Of a stretch of 64,000 nt of DNA, positions 39,812 to 49,352 are shown piece after piece. Every line of letters begins with the position of its first letter. Positions within the stretch are counted from its first letter, which is position 1. Below the pieces are notes generated by a model. The model ran no database searches, was not told the DNA's origin, and was given only the letters and a program-made list of their open reading frames with translations. Position numbers and translations under genes: made by a program. This DNA is from an uncultured Candidatus Binatia bacterium (GTDB lineage: Bacteria; Desulfobacterota; Binatia; UBA9968; JAJDTQ01). The DNA lies in NCBI GenBank assembly GCA_965215605.1, contig OZ244070.1, forward strand, positions 2,784,001 through 2,848,000, in the 5' to 3' direction.

Positions 39812-40232
39812 ATGGCTGAAGAAACAACCCATTACGAGACGCTTTTCATCGTCCACCCGGTCCACAGCGGCAGAAACCCCGAACTCTGTGAGAGGTTCCG
39901 GGGGGTCCTGGAAGGGCAGGGCGCCACCGTTACCCACTTCGAGGAGTGGGGCATGCGCGATCTCGCGTACCCCATCGAGAAGCAGGGCAGGGGTTTCTAC
40001 AACCTGGTCCAGTACCAGGCCTCGGCGGGCGCGAGCGACGAGCTCGAGCGCGTGATGCGTTTGAGCGACGAGGTCATGCGATGCATGACCGTGGTTCTCG
40101 ATGACGACGTACGGTCGCTGGCTCCGACGGAGCAACCCGCGGCGCCGGAACCGGCGGCCAGCGGTGGAACCGGAGGCGGACGCCGCGGCGCCGGAATCTG
40201 CCGAAGAAGCCCAGGAAGGCCCGGAGGCGTAA
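39812..40232 (+). CDS. rpsF: 30S ribosomal protein S6 (apparent +1 frameshift in the acidic tail near 40158)
   Basis: YETLFIVHP, EEWGMRDLAYPIEK. The acidic tail continues in another frame (AVEPEADAAAPESAEEAQEGPEA*, TAA 40230-40232); the literal ORF runs to 40450 over rpsR. Confidence 0.88.
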
Positions 40233-40296
40233 CGGCGCTGGCCGGTACGCATCGTGCAGAACCTTACAGTTGGAAGAACGGAACGGCTAGGAGAAG

Positions 40297-40578
40297 ATGG
40301 CAGAATATCGCGGGAGAAGAGGCTCGGACGATCACGATTCACCACCTCGCCGGCGTGGCGGTGTGTCGCGCCGGAAGGTATGTCGCTTCTGCGCCAACAA
40401 AGACCTTCGCTTCGACTACAAGGATACCAAGCTGCTCAGCGGGTTCATGACGGAGCGGGGCAAGATCACGCCGAGTCGCATCACCGGAACCTGTTGCTGG
40501 TGTCAACGACGCTTGTCCAAGGCGATCAAGCGGGCCCGTCTGGTAGCGTTGCTCCCCTATACCACCGTCAAGCTCTGA
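40297..40578 (+). CDS. rpsR: 30S ribosomal protein S18
   Basis: [38 protein letters not shown]. Confidence 0.96.
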   Translation: MAEYRGRRGSDDHDSPPRRRGGVSRRKVCRFCANKDLRFDYKDTKLLSGFMTERGKITPSRITGTCCWCQRRLSKAIKRARLVALLPYTTVKL

Positions 40579-40608
40579 TCCGGCGCCTCGCCGCCCACGG
40601 ATCGGCTT

Positions 40609-41553
40609 ATGAAAGGGCTTGAGACTCTCACGGGAGTAGGCCTCGGGTTGGCCGCGACTCTGCTGCTCTTCGTGGCAGGGCTGAGGGTGCCGATCCTCGG
40701 TATGGTCTTGCTTCCCCTGGTGATCTTTCCGGCCCTGTACGTGGGCGTCCGGGTGGGGAAGCAGGCGGGACAATTGCTGCCTGTGGCGGCCGCCGCATGC
40801 GTGTTGGTCCTGGTGGGCCTGGAAGGCGCGGTGGCGTACCTGGTGTTTGCGCTGGTTACGTTCCTGCTGTTCTTTTCCTTCGGACGGGGATGGTCCATCG
40901 CCACCGTCGTGAGCGCTAGCGCCCTCGGCGCGCTGGCGGCCATGCTGATGGCCGCATGGGCGTTCGCGGGTTCCCTTTCCGCCCTGTGGAACACGCTGTA
41001 CACCGGTGTGCACGGCCAGGTTCTGGCGACCCTGGAACTGTACGAGCGCATGGGCCTGTCGGGTGAGACCACCGAGTTCCTGAGGGAGCAGGCGGGACAG
41101 ATGGCGACGCTATTCGTCCAGATGCTGCCCGGGATGATTTTCCTGGCAATGGGCGTCATGGCGCTGGTCAATCTGTCCCTGCTGTCGTGGCAGTTCCCGC
41201 ATTACCGATCGTTTTTTTTCGAGGCGGGAGACCTGAAGGAATGGAAGTCGCCGGACCACATGGTGTGGTTCCTGGTAGTGCCGAGCCTGGCGCTCTTTCT
41301 GCCGCTGGGATGGCCGTTGCGCGTGGTGGCGGCAAACGTGGTGTTGGCATGCACGGCGTTCTATTTCTTTCACGGTCTTGCCATCGTGGCGTACTATTTT
41401 CATCACAAGAAGGTCCCGATGTTTTTTCGCGTCCTGGGATATCTGCTCATCGTCTTCGAGCAGATTCTCACGGTGCTGGTCATCGGCCTGGGGTTCTTCG
41501 ATCTCTGGGGCGACTTCCGTCGCCTCAAGCGGCGCCCCGCGGGCCAGACCTGA
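40609..41553 (+). CDS. DUF2232/YybS family membrane protein
   Basis: Multi-TM; WKSPDHMVW, YFFHGLAIV, GFFDLWGDFRRL; between rpsR and rplI. Confidence 0.85.
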   Translation: MKGLETLTGVGLGLAATLLLFVAGLRVPILGMVLLPLVIFPALYVGVRVGKQAGQLLPVAAAACVLVLVGLEGAVAYLVFALVTFLLFFSFGRGWSIATVVSASALGALAAMLMAAWAFAGSLSALWNTLYTGVHGQVLATLELYERMGLSGETTEFLREQAGQMATLFVQMLPGMIFLAMGVMALVNLSLLSWQFPHYRSFFFEAGDLKEWKSPDHMVWFLVVPSLALFLPLGWPLRVVAANVVLACTAFYFFHGLAIVAYYFHHKKVPMFFRVLGYLLIVFEQILTVLVIGLGFFDLWGDFRRLKRRPAGQT

Positions 41554-41563
41554 AGGAGAGTCG

Positions 41564-42121
41564 ATGGAAGTCGTTCTGAAGGAAGATATCGAAAATCTGG
41601 GCCACATGGGCGACGTGGTCAAGGTCAAGGACGGTTACGCACGGAACTACCTGCTGCCCCGGGGCTTGGTAGTACTGGCCAACAAGAAGAACCTGAAGGC
41701 CCTGGAGCACGAGCAGCGCATGATCGGCCAACGGCGGGAGCGCCTCACCAAAGAGGCCCAGGGCATCAGCGCGCAGCTTGCCGGAGTCTCCCTCGAGTTC
41801 GCCGTCAAGGTCGGCGAGGAGGGCCGCCTCTTCGGCTCCGTCACCAACATGGACATCGAGAAGGCGCTCAAGGAGAAGGGTCTCGATGTCGAACGCCGAA
41901 GAATCGTCCTGCACGATCCCATCAAGCAGGTGGGAGAGTACGAGGTCCCCATCCGCCTGCGTCCGGAAGTGATGCCCAGCATCAAGGTGAAGGTGGTGTC
42001 GGAGGATGGCGAAGCGGAAACGGCCACTACCGATGGAACCGCCGCAGCGGAGGCTCAACCGGCCGACATGGCCGCCGCCGAAGCGCCAGGGACGGCAGAC
42101 GAGCCGCCGGCCGCGTCCTAG
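41564..42121 (+). CDS. rplI: 50S ribosomal protein L9
   Basis: LGHMGDVVKVKDGYARNYLLP, GRLFGSVT. Confidence 0.97.
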   Translation: MEVVLKEDIENLGHMGDVVKVKDGYARNYLLPRGLVVLANKKNLKALEHEQRMIGQRRERLTKEAQGISAQLAGVSLEFAVKVGEEGRLFGSVTNMDIEKALKEKGLDVERRRIVLHDPIKQVGEYEVPIRLRPEVMPSIKVKVVSEDGEAETATTDGTAAAEAQPADMAAAEAPGTADEPPAAS

Positions 42122-42229
42122 TCGACCCATGCTTGCCCTGATCGGAAAGCGGCCGTCTATCGTTCAGGAAGAACTCGCCCGCTGAGTCGTGTTGCCTGGC
42201 GGTTAGGTGCCAAGCGCCTCCCGCCAGCG

Positions 42230-43156
42230 CTAATCCATCAATCCCGCCGCCGCCGCGCTGATGTGCTCGGCGGACAGTCCGTACTTCCCGTAGAGTCCCT
42301 CAGTATCCCCGGATTCGGCGAACTCGGTGACGCCCACGCGCTTGACGCGGCCGCGGCCCAGTTCGGCCACGGTTTCGGCCACGGCGCTGCCGAGGCCGCC
42401 CGAGATGCCGTGGTCCTCCACGGTGACGATCCTGCCGTGGCTCGACGCCACGGACTCGATGAACTCCGTGTCGATGGGCTTGATGGTGTGGACGTTGGCC
42501 ACCTGGGCGGAGATGCCCTGGGCGGCCAGCAGGTCGGCGGCCTTGAGCACGTTCTCCATCACCGCGCCGGTTCCCACCAGCGACACGTCCGCGCCCTCCC
42601 GCAGCACTACCGCCTTGCCGAACCGGAACTCGTAGCCCTCGCCGTTGACGTCGGCCACCTTCTGGCGGGTGAGGCGCAGGAACACGGGGCCGTCGTGCTG
42701 CTGCGCGATGTATTCCACCGCGCCGCGGGTCTCGATGGCGTCGGCGGGCTGCACCACGGCCATGTTGGGCAGGGTGCGCATGAGCCCCACGTCTTCGGTG
42801 GCCATCTGGCTGTAGCCGTCCTCGCCGATGCCGATGCCGGCGTGGGTGCCGACGATCTTCACGTTGGCACGGTTGTAGGCCACCGCCATGCGGATCTGCT
42901 CGAAGCGGCCCACCACGAAGCAGGCAAAGCTGCAGATGAAGGGGATCTTGCCCGCCAGGGCCATACCGGCGCCGACCCCCACCATGTTGCCCTCGGCGAT
43001 GCCGACGTCGAAGAATCGCTCGGGATGCTTCCGCGAGAACTCGTCGGTCATGGTGGACTTCCGGAGGTCGGCGTCGAGGACGACGATGTCCGGATTGGTG
43101 TCGGCCAGCCGGGTCACGGTCTCGCCGAAGGTCACGCGTGTTGCGATTGCGCTCAT
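42230..43156 (-). CDS. Transketolase C-terminal subunit
   Basis: ATRVTFG, LDADL, GIAEGNM, GEDGYSQ, HTIKPID. Confidence 0.92.
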   Translation of the reverse strand: MSAIATRVTFGETVTRLADTNPDIVVLDADLRKSTMTDEFSRKHPERFFDVGIAEGNMVGVGAGMALAGKIPFICSFACFVVGRFEQIRMAVAYNRANVKIVGTHAGIGIGEDGYSQMATEDVGLMRTLPNMAVVQPADAIETRGAVEYIAQQHDGPVFLRLTRQKVADVNGEGYEFRFGKAVVLREGADVSLVGTGAVMENVLKAADLLAAQGISAQVANVHTIKPIDTEFIESVASSHGRIVTVEDHGISGGLGSAVAETVAELGRGRVKRVGVTEFAESGDTEGLYGKYGLSAEHISAAAAGLMD

Positions 43157-43175
43157 GTGCTCTCTTCCCTGCCGC

Positions 43176-44006
43176 TCAGGAGGCCGGCGGCGCTCCGTTG
43201 ACGATCTCTTCGATGGCGCGGTCGCCTTCCTCGCGGCTGGGAGCCTTGCCGTGCCACTCCCAGCGGTTCTCCATGAAGCTGACCCCTTTGCCCTTGACGG
43301 TCTGGCAGACGATCATGGTGGGGCCGCCGCGATGCTGCTCGGCGGCCTTCAGCGCGTCGAGGATGGCGGGAAAGTCGTGGCCGTCGATCTCCAGGGTGTT
43401 CCAGTTGAAGGCGCGCCACTTGTCGAGCAGCGGCTCCAGGCTCATGATGTCGTCCGTCACACCGCTCAGCTGGATGTGGTTGTAGTCCATGAGCACGCAG
43501 AGGTTGTCAAGCTTGAACCGGGGCGCGGACATGGCCGCCTCCCAGATCTGTCCGGCTTGGCACTCGCCGTCGCTGATGACGCAGTAGGTGCGGTAGTCCT
43601 TGCCGCCCGTCTTTCCCGCCAGGGCCATCCCCACAGCCACCGACAAGCCCTGTCCGAGGGAGCCGGTGGAGGCTTCGACGTACGGGAAGCGATGCCGGTC
43701 CGGGTGTCCCTGCATCCGGCTGTTGAGTTTGCGCAGGCTCAGCGTCTCGTCCCGCTCGAAGTAGCCGGCCTTGGCCAGGGCGGCGTACACCGCGGGCACG
43801 CAGTGGCCCTTGGAGAGCACGAAGCGGTCCCGGTCCGGCCAGTCGGGCTGTTCCGGCCGGTGGCGCATCTGGTGGAAGTACAGCGCCGTCACCATGTCGG
43901 TGCACGACAGCGAGCCGCCGGGGTGGCCGGAGCCCGCCTCCACCAGCATGCGGATCACGTCGACTCTGATTTCCTTGGCTATGGCCTCGAGTTCCGGGAT
44001 CGTCAT
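43176..44006 (-). CDS. Transketolase N-terminal (ThDP-binding) subunit
   Basis: SGHPGGSLS, RDRFVLSKGH, STGSLGQG, SDGECQAGQIWE, TVKGKGVSFME. Confidence 0.92.
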   Translation of the reverse strand: MTIPELEAIAKEIRVDVIRMLVEAGSGHPGGSLSCTDMVTALYFHQMRHRPEQPDWPDRDRFVLSKGHCVPAVYAALAKAGYFERDETLSLRKLNSRMQGHPDRHRFPYVEASTGSLGQGLSVAVGMALAGKTGGKDYRTYCVISDGECQAGQIWEAAMSAPRFKLDNLCVLMDYNHIQLSGVTDDIMSLEPLLDKWRAFNWNTLEIDGHDFPAILDALKAAEQHRGGPTMIVCQTVKGKGVSFMENRWEWHGKAPSREEGDRAIEEIVNGAPPAS

Positions 44007-44008
44007 GT

Positions 44009-44785
44009 TTACACCATGGTCTGCCCGCCGCAGATGTTGAGGGCCTGTCCGGTGATGCCGGACGCCTTGTCCGATGCCAAGTACACCGCGAACCGGGCGA
44101 TCTCCTCCGGGTCCAGGAACCGCCGGATCGGCACCGCCGCCAGCGCCTGCTGCTTGAAGGACTCCGGGTCCGTTCCCTGCCGCTCGGCGATCTGCTCGAT
44201 GCCGGCGCGGGACATCTCCGTGTCCACCCAGCCGGGGCACAGGGCGTTGACGGTGATGCCGCGGGACACCAGCTCCAGCGCCAGCGCCCGTGTGAAGCCG
44301 ATGAGCCCGTGCTTGCTGGCGCAGTAGGCGGCATAGCCGGGAACGCCGAACTTGCCCAGCACCGAGGAGATGTTGATGATCCGGCCGTCGCCGTCATCGC
44401 TCATGATCCCCAGGACTTCCTTGGTCAGCAGGTAGACGCCGGTCAGGTTCGTGTCGACGATGGCATGCCACAGGCCGTCGTCCGCGTCGTCCATGGGCGT
44501 CATCCCCGAGGCTCCCGCGTTGTTCACCAGGATGTGGACCCGCCCCCAGCATTCCCGCACCCTGTTCACGCAGTCGCGGATGCCGGCCTTGTCCGTTACG
44601 TCGACCGGGACGGGGAGTACGGAATGGCCCTCCGTCCGCAACTCCTCCGCCACGGCCTCAAGCCTCGCCCCGTCGCGCGCGGCGATGACGACGCGGGCGC
44701 CTTCCTCCGCCATGGCCCGCGCCACGGCCTTGCCGATGCCGGTACCGCCGCCCGTGACCAGCGCTACTCGTTCCGACAGTTCCAT
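44009..44785 (-). CDS. SDR family oxidoreductase
   Basis: TGGGTGIG, NNAG, YCASK, PGWVDT. Confidence 0.92.
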   Translation of the reverse strand: MELSERVALVTGGGTGIGKAVARAMAEEGARVVIAARDGARLEAVAEELRTEGHSVLPVPVDVTDKAGIRDCVNRVRECWGRVHILVNNAGASGMTPMDDADDGLWHAIVDTNLTGVYLLTKEVLGIMSDDGDGRIINISSVLGKFGVPGYAAYCASKHGLIGFTRALALELVSRGITVNALCPGWVDTEMSRAGIEQIAERQGTDPESFKQQALAAVPIRRFLDPEEIARFAVYLASDKASGITGQALNICGGQTMV

Positions 44786-44828
44786 GCGGTGGGACGGGCC
44801 GGCTCCTCGGTCCAACGAAACGGCGGCG

Positions 44829-45608
44829 TCAGGACCGCTTGCCGCTCAGCGCCCCGAGCAGTCGCGCGATAGGGTCGTAGAACCGCGTCACCACGCGTTC
44901 CTTCAAGGGGATGATGGAGTTGTCGGTGATCTTGATGTTCTCCGGGCAGACTTCGGTGCAACACTTGGTGATGTTGCAGAAGCCCAGGCCGGCCTCGTTG
45001 CGCAGGAACTCCAGCCGGTCGTCGGTGTCCAGCGGGTGCATCTCCAGGCTCGCCACCCGCACGAAGAAACGCGGTCCGGCGAAGCTCGGCTTGTTGTCGT
45101 CGTGGTCGCGGATGACGTGGCAGACGTTCTGGCACAGGTAGCACTCGATGCACTTGTGGAATTCCTGCACCCGGTCGATGTCCTCCTGGTACATGCGCCG
45201 GGTGCCGTCGGCCTCCTTGGGCTTGGGCTTGAAAGGCGGAATGCTCTTGGCTTTCTCGTAGTTGTAGGACACGTCGGTGACGAGATCGCGGATCAGCGGG
45301 AAGGTCTTGATGGGGGCCACGGTGACCGTCTCGCCGGGCTCGAACGTGTTCATGCGCGTCATGCACATGAGCCGTGGCTTGCCGTTGACCTCGGCGCTGC
45401 AGGAGCCGCACTTCCCGGCCTTGCAGTTCCAGCGCACGGCGAGGTCGCCGGCGTGCATGGCCTGGATGCTGTGGATCACGTCCAGCACCACCATGCCCTC
45501 CTCGAGCGGCACGCTGTAGTCCCGGAATTCTCCGCCGCCGCCGTCGCCGCGCCAGACGCGCATCTTCGCTTCCGCACCGTTTCCTGCAACCGCTGCTTCA
45601 GGCATCAA
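44829..45608 (-). CDS. sdhB: Succinate dehydrogenase Fe-S subunit (Sdh1/type F-like)
   Basis: WNCKAGKCGSC, CIECYLCQNVCH, CNITKCCTEVCP. Confidence 0.9.
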   Translation of the reverse strand: MMPEAAVAGNGAEAKMRVWRGDGGGGEFRDYSVPLEEGMVVLDVIHSIQAMHAGDLAVRWNCKAGKCGSCSAEVNGKPRLMCMTRMNTFEPGETVTVAPIKTFPLIRDLVTDVSYNYEKAKSIPPFKPKPKEADGTRRMYQEDIDRVQEFHKCIECYLCQNVCHVIRDHDDNKPSFAGPRFFVRVASLEMHPLDTDDRLEFLRNEAGLGFCNITKCCTEVCPENIKITDNSIIPLKERVVTRFYDPIARLLGALSGKRS

Positions 45609-47407
45609 ACTTGCTCCTCGACGATTTTCTTGAGCTCCTCGGGCATCTCGGGCAGGGGCTCGAGGGAAACCGAGATGGTTCCGTTCTGCTTGCGGGTCAC
45701 GACGTTCACGGCGCCGAACTTGGGATCGGGGTCCGGATAGTCGTCACGGGTGTGCCCGCCCCGGCTCTCCTTGCACTCGAGGGCCGAGAGGGTGGCGGCC
45801 TCGGCCACCGCCAGCAGCGCCTTCAGGTCCAGCGCCAGGTGCCAGCCGGGGTTGAAACGCCGGCCGCCCTCGACCTTGACTTGGGCGGCCCGGTCCTTGT
45901 ACACCGCGATCTCCTCCAGCGCCTTCAGCATCTCGCTCTCGGTGCGGATGATGCCCACCAGGTTGTGCATGGTGCGCTGAAGATCGCTGTGAATCGCGTA
46001 GGGGTTCTCGTTTCCGCGGTCCGTGAAGGGCTCCAGCATCAGCGTCGTGAGCCGCTCGACTTCAGCCGGATCGGCCGCCGTCGCCGCCGCCGCTCCCTGG
46101 GCGTAATCCGTGGCCGAGGCGCCGGCGATGCGTCCGAACACCAGCAGGTCGGAGAGCGAGTTGCCGCCGAGCCGGTTGGCGCCGTGCAGCCCTCCCGCCA
46201 CCTCGCCCGCGGCGTAGAGGCCCGGCACCGTGGTGGCGGAGGTGTCGGCGTCCACCCGGACGCCGCCCATGATGTAGTGGCAGGTGGGCCCCACCTCCAT
46301 GGCTTCCTTGGTGATGTCCACGTCCGCCAGCTCCTTGAACTGGTGGTACATGGACGGCAGCCGCCGCTGGATGTACTCCGCGTCGCGGCGGTTGGCGATG
46401 TCCAGGAGCACGCCGCCGTGCTCGGTGCCGCGGCCGGCCTTGACCTCCGAGTTGATGGCCCGGGCCACCTCGTCCCGCGGCAGCAGGTCCGGTGTGCGGC
46501 GGTTGTTCTTTTTGTCCTGGTACCAAGCGTCGGCCTCGGTCTCGTTGTCTGCGGTCTCCGCCTTGAAGAAGTCGGAGATGTAGTTGAACATGAAGCGTTC
46601 GCCCTCGGAGTTCAGCAGGGTGCCGCCGTCGCCGCGCACGCCTTCGGTTACCAGGATGCCGCGGACGCTGGGGGGCCAGACCATCCCGGTGGGGTGGAAC
46701 TGGACCTTTTCCATGTCGATGAGATCGGCCCCCACCTCCATGGCCATGCCCATGCCGTCGCCGCTGTATTCCCAGGAGTTGGAGGTCACCTGCCAGCACT
46801 TGCCGGAGCCGCCGGTGGCCAGCACCACCGCCTTGCAGTTGAACACGATCAGGTCGCCGCTCTCGCGCCAGTAGCCCACCACCCCGCTGACCCTGCCGTC
46901 GTTCATCAGCAGGTGCTGGATGTTGCACTCCATGTAGACGTCGATGCCCAGCGCCACCGCCCGCTGCTGCAGGGTCCGGATCATCTCCAGCCCGGTGCGG
47001 TCGCCCACGTGCGCCAGCCGGGCGTAGCGGTGGCCGCCGAAGTCGCGCTGCAGGATCAGTCCCTCGTCGGTACGGTCGAACAGCGCGCCCCATTCTTCCA
47101 GCTCCAGCACCCGGTCGGGCGCCTGCTGGGCGTGGATCTGCGCCATGCGCCAGTTGTTCAGCAGCTTGCCGCCCCGCATGGTGTCGCGGAAGTGGACTTT
47201 CCAGTTGTCCTCGGGCCAGACGTTGCCCATGGCCGCGGCGATGCCGCCCTCGGCCATGACCGTGTGCGCTTTGCCCAGCAGCGACTTGCAGATGATGGCG
47301 GTGCTGGCGCCCTTGTCGTGGGCCTCGATGGCGGCCCGCAGCCCGGCGCCGCCGGCCCCCACCACCACCACGTCGTACGTGTGCGTCTCGGAGCTCTCGC
47401 CGGCCAT
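45605..47407 (-). CDS. sdhA: Succinate dehydrogenase/fumarate reductase flavoprotein (Sdh1/type F-like)
   Basis: GAGGAGLRAA, KAHTVMAEGG (FAD His), QFHPT, TEGVRG, PRDEVAR, HYIMGG, HGANRLGGNSL; start ATG 47407. Confidence 0.92.
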   Translation of the reverse strand: MAGESSETHTYDVVVVGAGGAGLRAAIEAHDKGASTAIICKSLLGKAHTVMAEGGIAAAMGNVWPEDNWKVHFRDTMRGGKLLNNWRMAQIHAQQAPDRVLELEEWGALFDRTDEGLILQRDFGGHRYARLAHVGDRTGLEMIRTLQQRAVALGIDVYMECNIQHLLMNDGRVSGVVGYWRESGDLIVFNCKAVVLATGGSGKCWQVTSNSWEYSGDGMGMAMEVGADLIDMEKVQFHPTGMVWPPSVRGILVTEGVRGDGGTLLNSEGERFMFNYISDFFKAETADNETEADAWYQDKKNNRRTPDLLPRDEVARAINSEVKAGRGTEHGGVLLDIANRRDAEYIQRRLPSMYHQFKELADVDITKEAMEVGPTCHYIMGGVRVDADTSATTVPGLYAAGEVAGGLHGANRLGGNSLSDLLVFGRIAGASATDYAQGAAAATAADPAEVERLTTLMLEPFTDRGNENPYAIHSDLQRTMHNLVGIIRTESEMLKALEEIAVYKDRAAQVKVEGGRRFNPGWHLALDLKALLAVAEAATLSALECKESRGGHTRDDYPDPDPKFGAVNVVTRKQNGTISVSLEPLPEMPEELKKIVEEQV

Positions 47408-48165
47408 CAGATGATCCTCAGGTCCTGGATGACGCCGGTGGCCACCAGTCGCACGTAGGCGTCGGTCAGGCCCACCCACACGAGGCTGACCCAGGCGATC
47501 TGCATGTGCTTCTCGTTGAGTTTGGTGACGATGCCCCAGAGCTTGAAGCGTCCGGGCGCGGCCTTGAAGCTGTTGAGGCCGCCGCCACACAGATGCCGGC
47601 ACGAGTGGCACGAAAAGCTGTAGAGCGATAGCAGCGAGGCGTTGGCGATCAGCACCAGGGTGCCCAGGCCGATGCCGAAGCTGCCGCCGAAGTTGAACGC
47701 GATGATGGCGTCCCACCACAGGAACGCCAGGATCGGCAGCGACGCCCAGAAGAAGTACCGGTGGATGTTCTGCAGGATGAACGGGAAACGGGTCTCGCCG
47801 GAGTAGCTGCCGGCGGCGTCCTTCACCGCGCAGGCCGGCGGCGACCAGAAGAAGGACCGGTAGTAGGCCTTGCGGTAGTAGTAGCAGGTGAGGCGGAAGC
47901 CGCCCGGAATCCACAGGATCAGGATCGCCGGCGACCAGTTGTACCACTCGCCGAAGAGCGGCACGCTCACGTGCGCGCAGTTGATGGCGAGGCACGGCGA
48001 GTAGAAGGGCGAGAGGTAGGGCGCCGCGTAGTAGTCGCCGTTCTGAAGCGCGGCCCAGGTGGAGTAGAGGGCAAAGCAGCCCAGACCCAATACCACCAGC
48101 ATCGGCTCAAGCCACCACGTATCCTGCCGCAGGGTTCTCTTGCTGTCGATTGCTATGCTGCTCAT
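47407..48165 (-). CDS. Membrane anchor of the Sdh1-type complex (mycobacterial Rv0249c-like)
   Basis: PYLSPFYSPC, GFRLTCYYYRKAYYRSF, GETRFP, QNIHRY, SCHSCRH. Confidence 0.82.
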   Translation of the reverse strand: MSSIAIDSKRTLRQDTWWLEPMLVVLGLGCFALYSTWAALQNGDYYAAPYLSPFYSPCLAINCAHVSVPLFGEWYNWSPAILILWIPGGFRLTCYYYRKAYYRSFFWSPPACAVKDAAGSYSGETRFPFILQNIHRYFFWASLPILAFLWWDAIIAFNFGGSFGIGLGTLVLIANASLLSLYSFSCHSCRHLCGGGLNSFKAAPGRFKLWGIVTKLNEKHMQIAWVSLVWVGLTDAYVRLVATGVIQDLRII

Positions 48166-48266
48166 GATGCGGTGTTCTTCGCTCCTTTTCGTGTGTGTTG
48201 TTCCGCCCGAGCCGGAACCTGTCGGGTCCCGGCCCCGGGCCGGCGGCTATGGGATCCGGCAGTCCG

Positions 48267-48470
48267 TCACTGCCGCTTCTTCACCACCTCGTAGCCCAGC
48301 TCGTCGATGCCGGACAGGATCTCCGCCAGGGCCGTCTCGTCTTCGACCCAAGCGTGGCCGAGCCGGACCTTCACGGCGTAGTAGTAGCCGAAGGGACGCT
48401 GCGCCTTGCGGAACTTGAAGAGTTCCCGGGCAAGGTTGACGGGATTGGGCTTGTATTCGTCCTTGCCCAT
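48267..48470 (-). CDS. Small hypothetical protein (67 aa), possible accessory subunit
   Basis: Starts 3 nt after the stop of the CCG-domain gene; natural composition. Confidence 0.65.
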   Translation of the reverse strand: MGKDEYKPNPVNLARELFKFRKAQRPFGYYYAVKVRLGHAWVEDETALAEILSGIDELGYEVVKKRQ

Positions 48471-48473
48471 ACT

Positions 48474-49352
48474 CTAAGTGAGCATGTCCACCTTGTCGTT
48501 GACGCCCTTGGTGGACACGATGTGCCGCCCGAGCTGCATCTCGTCGGTGTTGAACCCCAGGGCCAGTCCCACGAGCTGCGGCAGATGGATGATCGGCAGG
48601 TCGATCTTCTCCCCCGTCTGGCCCTCGGCTCTCGGCTGGTTGCCGTCGAGGTTCAAATGGCACAGCGGACAGGGAGTCACCATGCAGTCGGCGCCTTTCT
48701 GACTCGACTCGCCCGCGTGCTTGGCCACCATGCCCAGGGAGGCCTCCTCGTTGGCGGTGAGGATGGGGAAGCCGCAGCACTTGGTCTTGCCGCTGATGTC
48801 GACGTTCTCCGCCCCCAGGATCTGGGTAAGGTCCTCCAGGTAGCCCCGGCGGGCGCCCACATCCTTGGTGGGCACCATGATGTTTCCGGGCCGGCGCAGG
48901 AAGCAGCCGTAGAACGGCGACACCCTGAGGCCGTTCAAGGGACGCTCGATCAGCGCCTTGAGCTTCTCGATGCCGTAGTCCTCGAACAGCACCCACAGCA
49001 TGTGCTTGACCTCGGTGGTTCCCTGGTACGAGAGCCCTTCCTCGGCCAGATACTCGCGGTTGATCTCTTCCCGGTACTCGGCGTCCTGGAGCCGGTGGTT
49101 GGCCTGACTGAAGACACCCTGGCAGGTGCTGCAGATGGTCATGATCGGCAATCCCATCTGCTCCGCCTTGGCAAAGGTCCGCGCGTTAATGGGGTCCGAG
49201 AGCTGCGTCGGCATGCAGCCGGCGCCGGTGCAGGCCACGTCGGACATCTCTTCGAGCTCGATGTCAAGCTTCTCGGCGACCTTGCAGGCCGCGGAATAGA
49301 GCTCGGGACAGCCGCCCTTGGCCACACATCCGGGATAGAACGCGTATTTCAC
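48474..49352 (-). CDS. CCG-domain protein (HdrB/SdhE-like)
   Basis: YAFYPGC, ACTGAG, TICSTCQG, PFYGC, KCCGF, TPCPLCHLNLD, HLPQLVGLALG; GTG start overlaps the upstream stop. Confidence 0.9.
   Translation of the reverse strand: MKYAFYPGCVAKGGCPELYSAACKVAEKLDIELEEMSDVACTGAGCMPTQLSDPINARTFAKAEQMGLPIMTICSTCQGVFSQANHRLQDAEYREEINREYLAEEGLSYQGTTEVKHMLWVLFEDYGIEKLKALIERPLNGLRVSPFYGCFLRRPGNIMVPTKDVGARRGYLEDLTQILGAENVDISGKTKCCGFPILTANEEASLGMVAKHAGESSQKGADCMVTPCPLCHLNLDGNQPRAEGQTGEKIDLPIIHLPQLVGLALGFNTDEMQLGRHIVSTKGVNDKVDMLT

Noticed and set aside
42195-42227. GC hairpin between convergent rplI and transketolase as an intrinsic terminator
   Set aside because: Imperfect stem with no U-tract on either strand; too weak to call.
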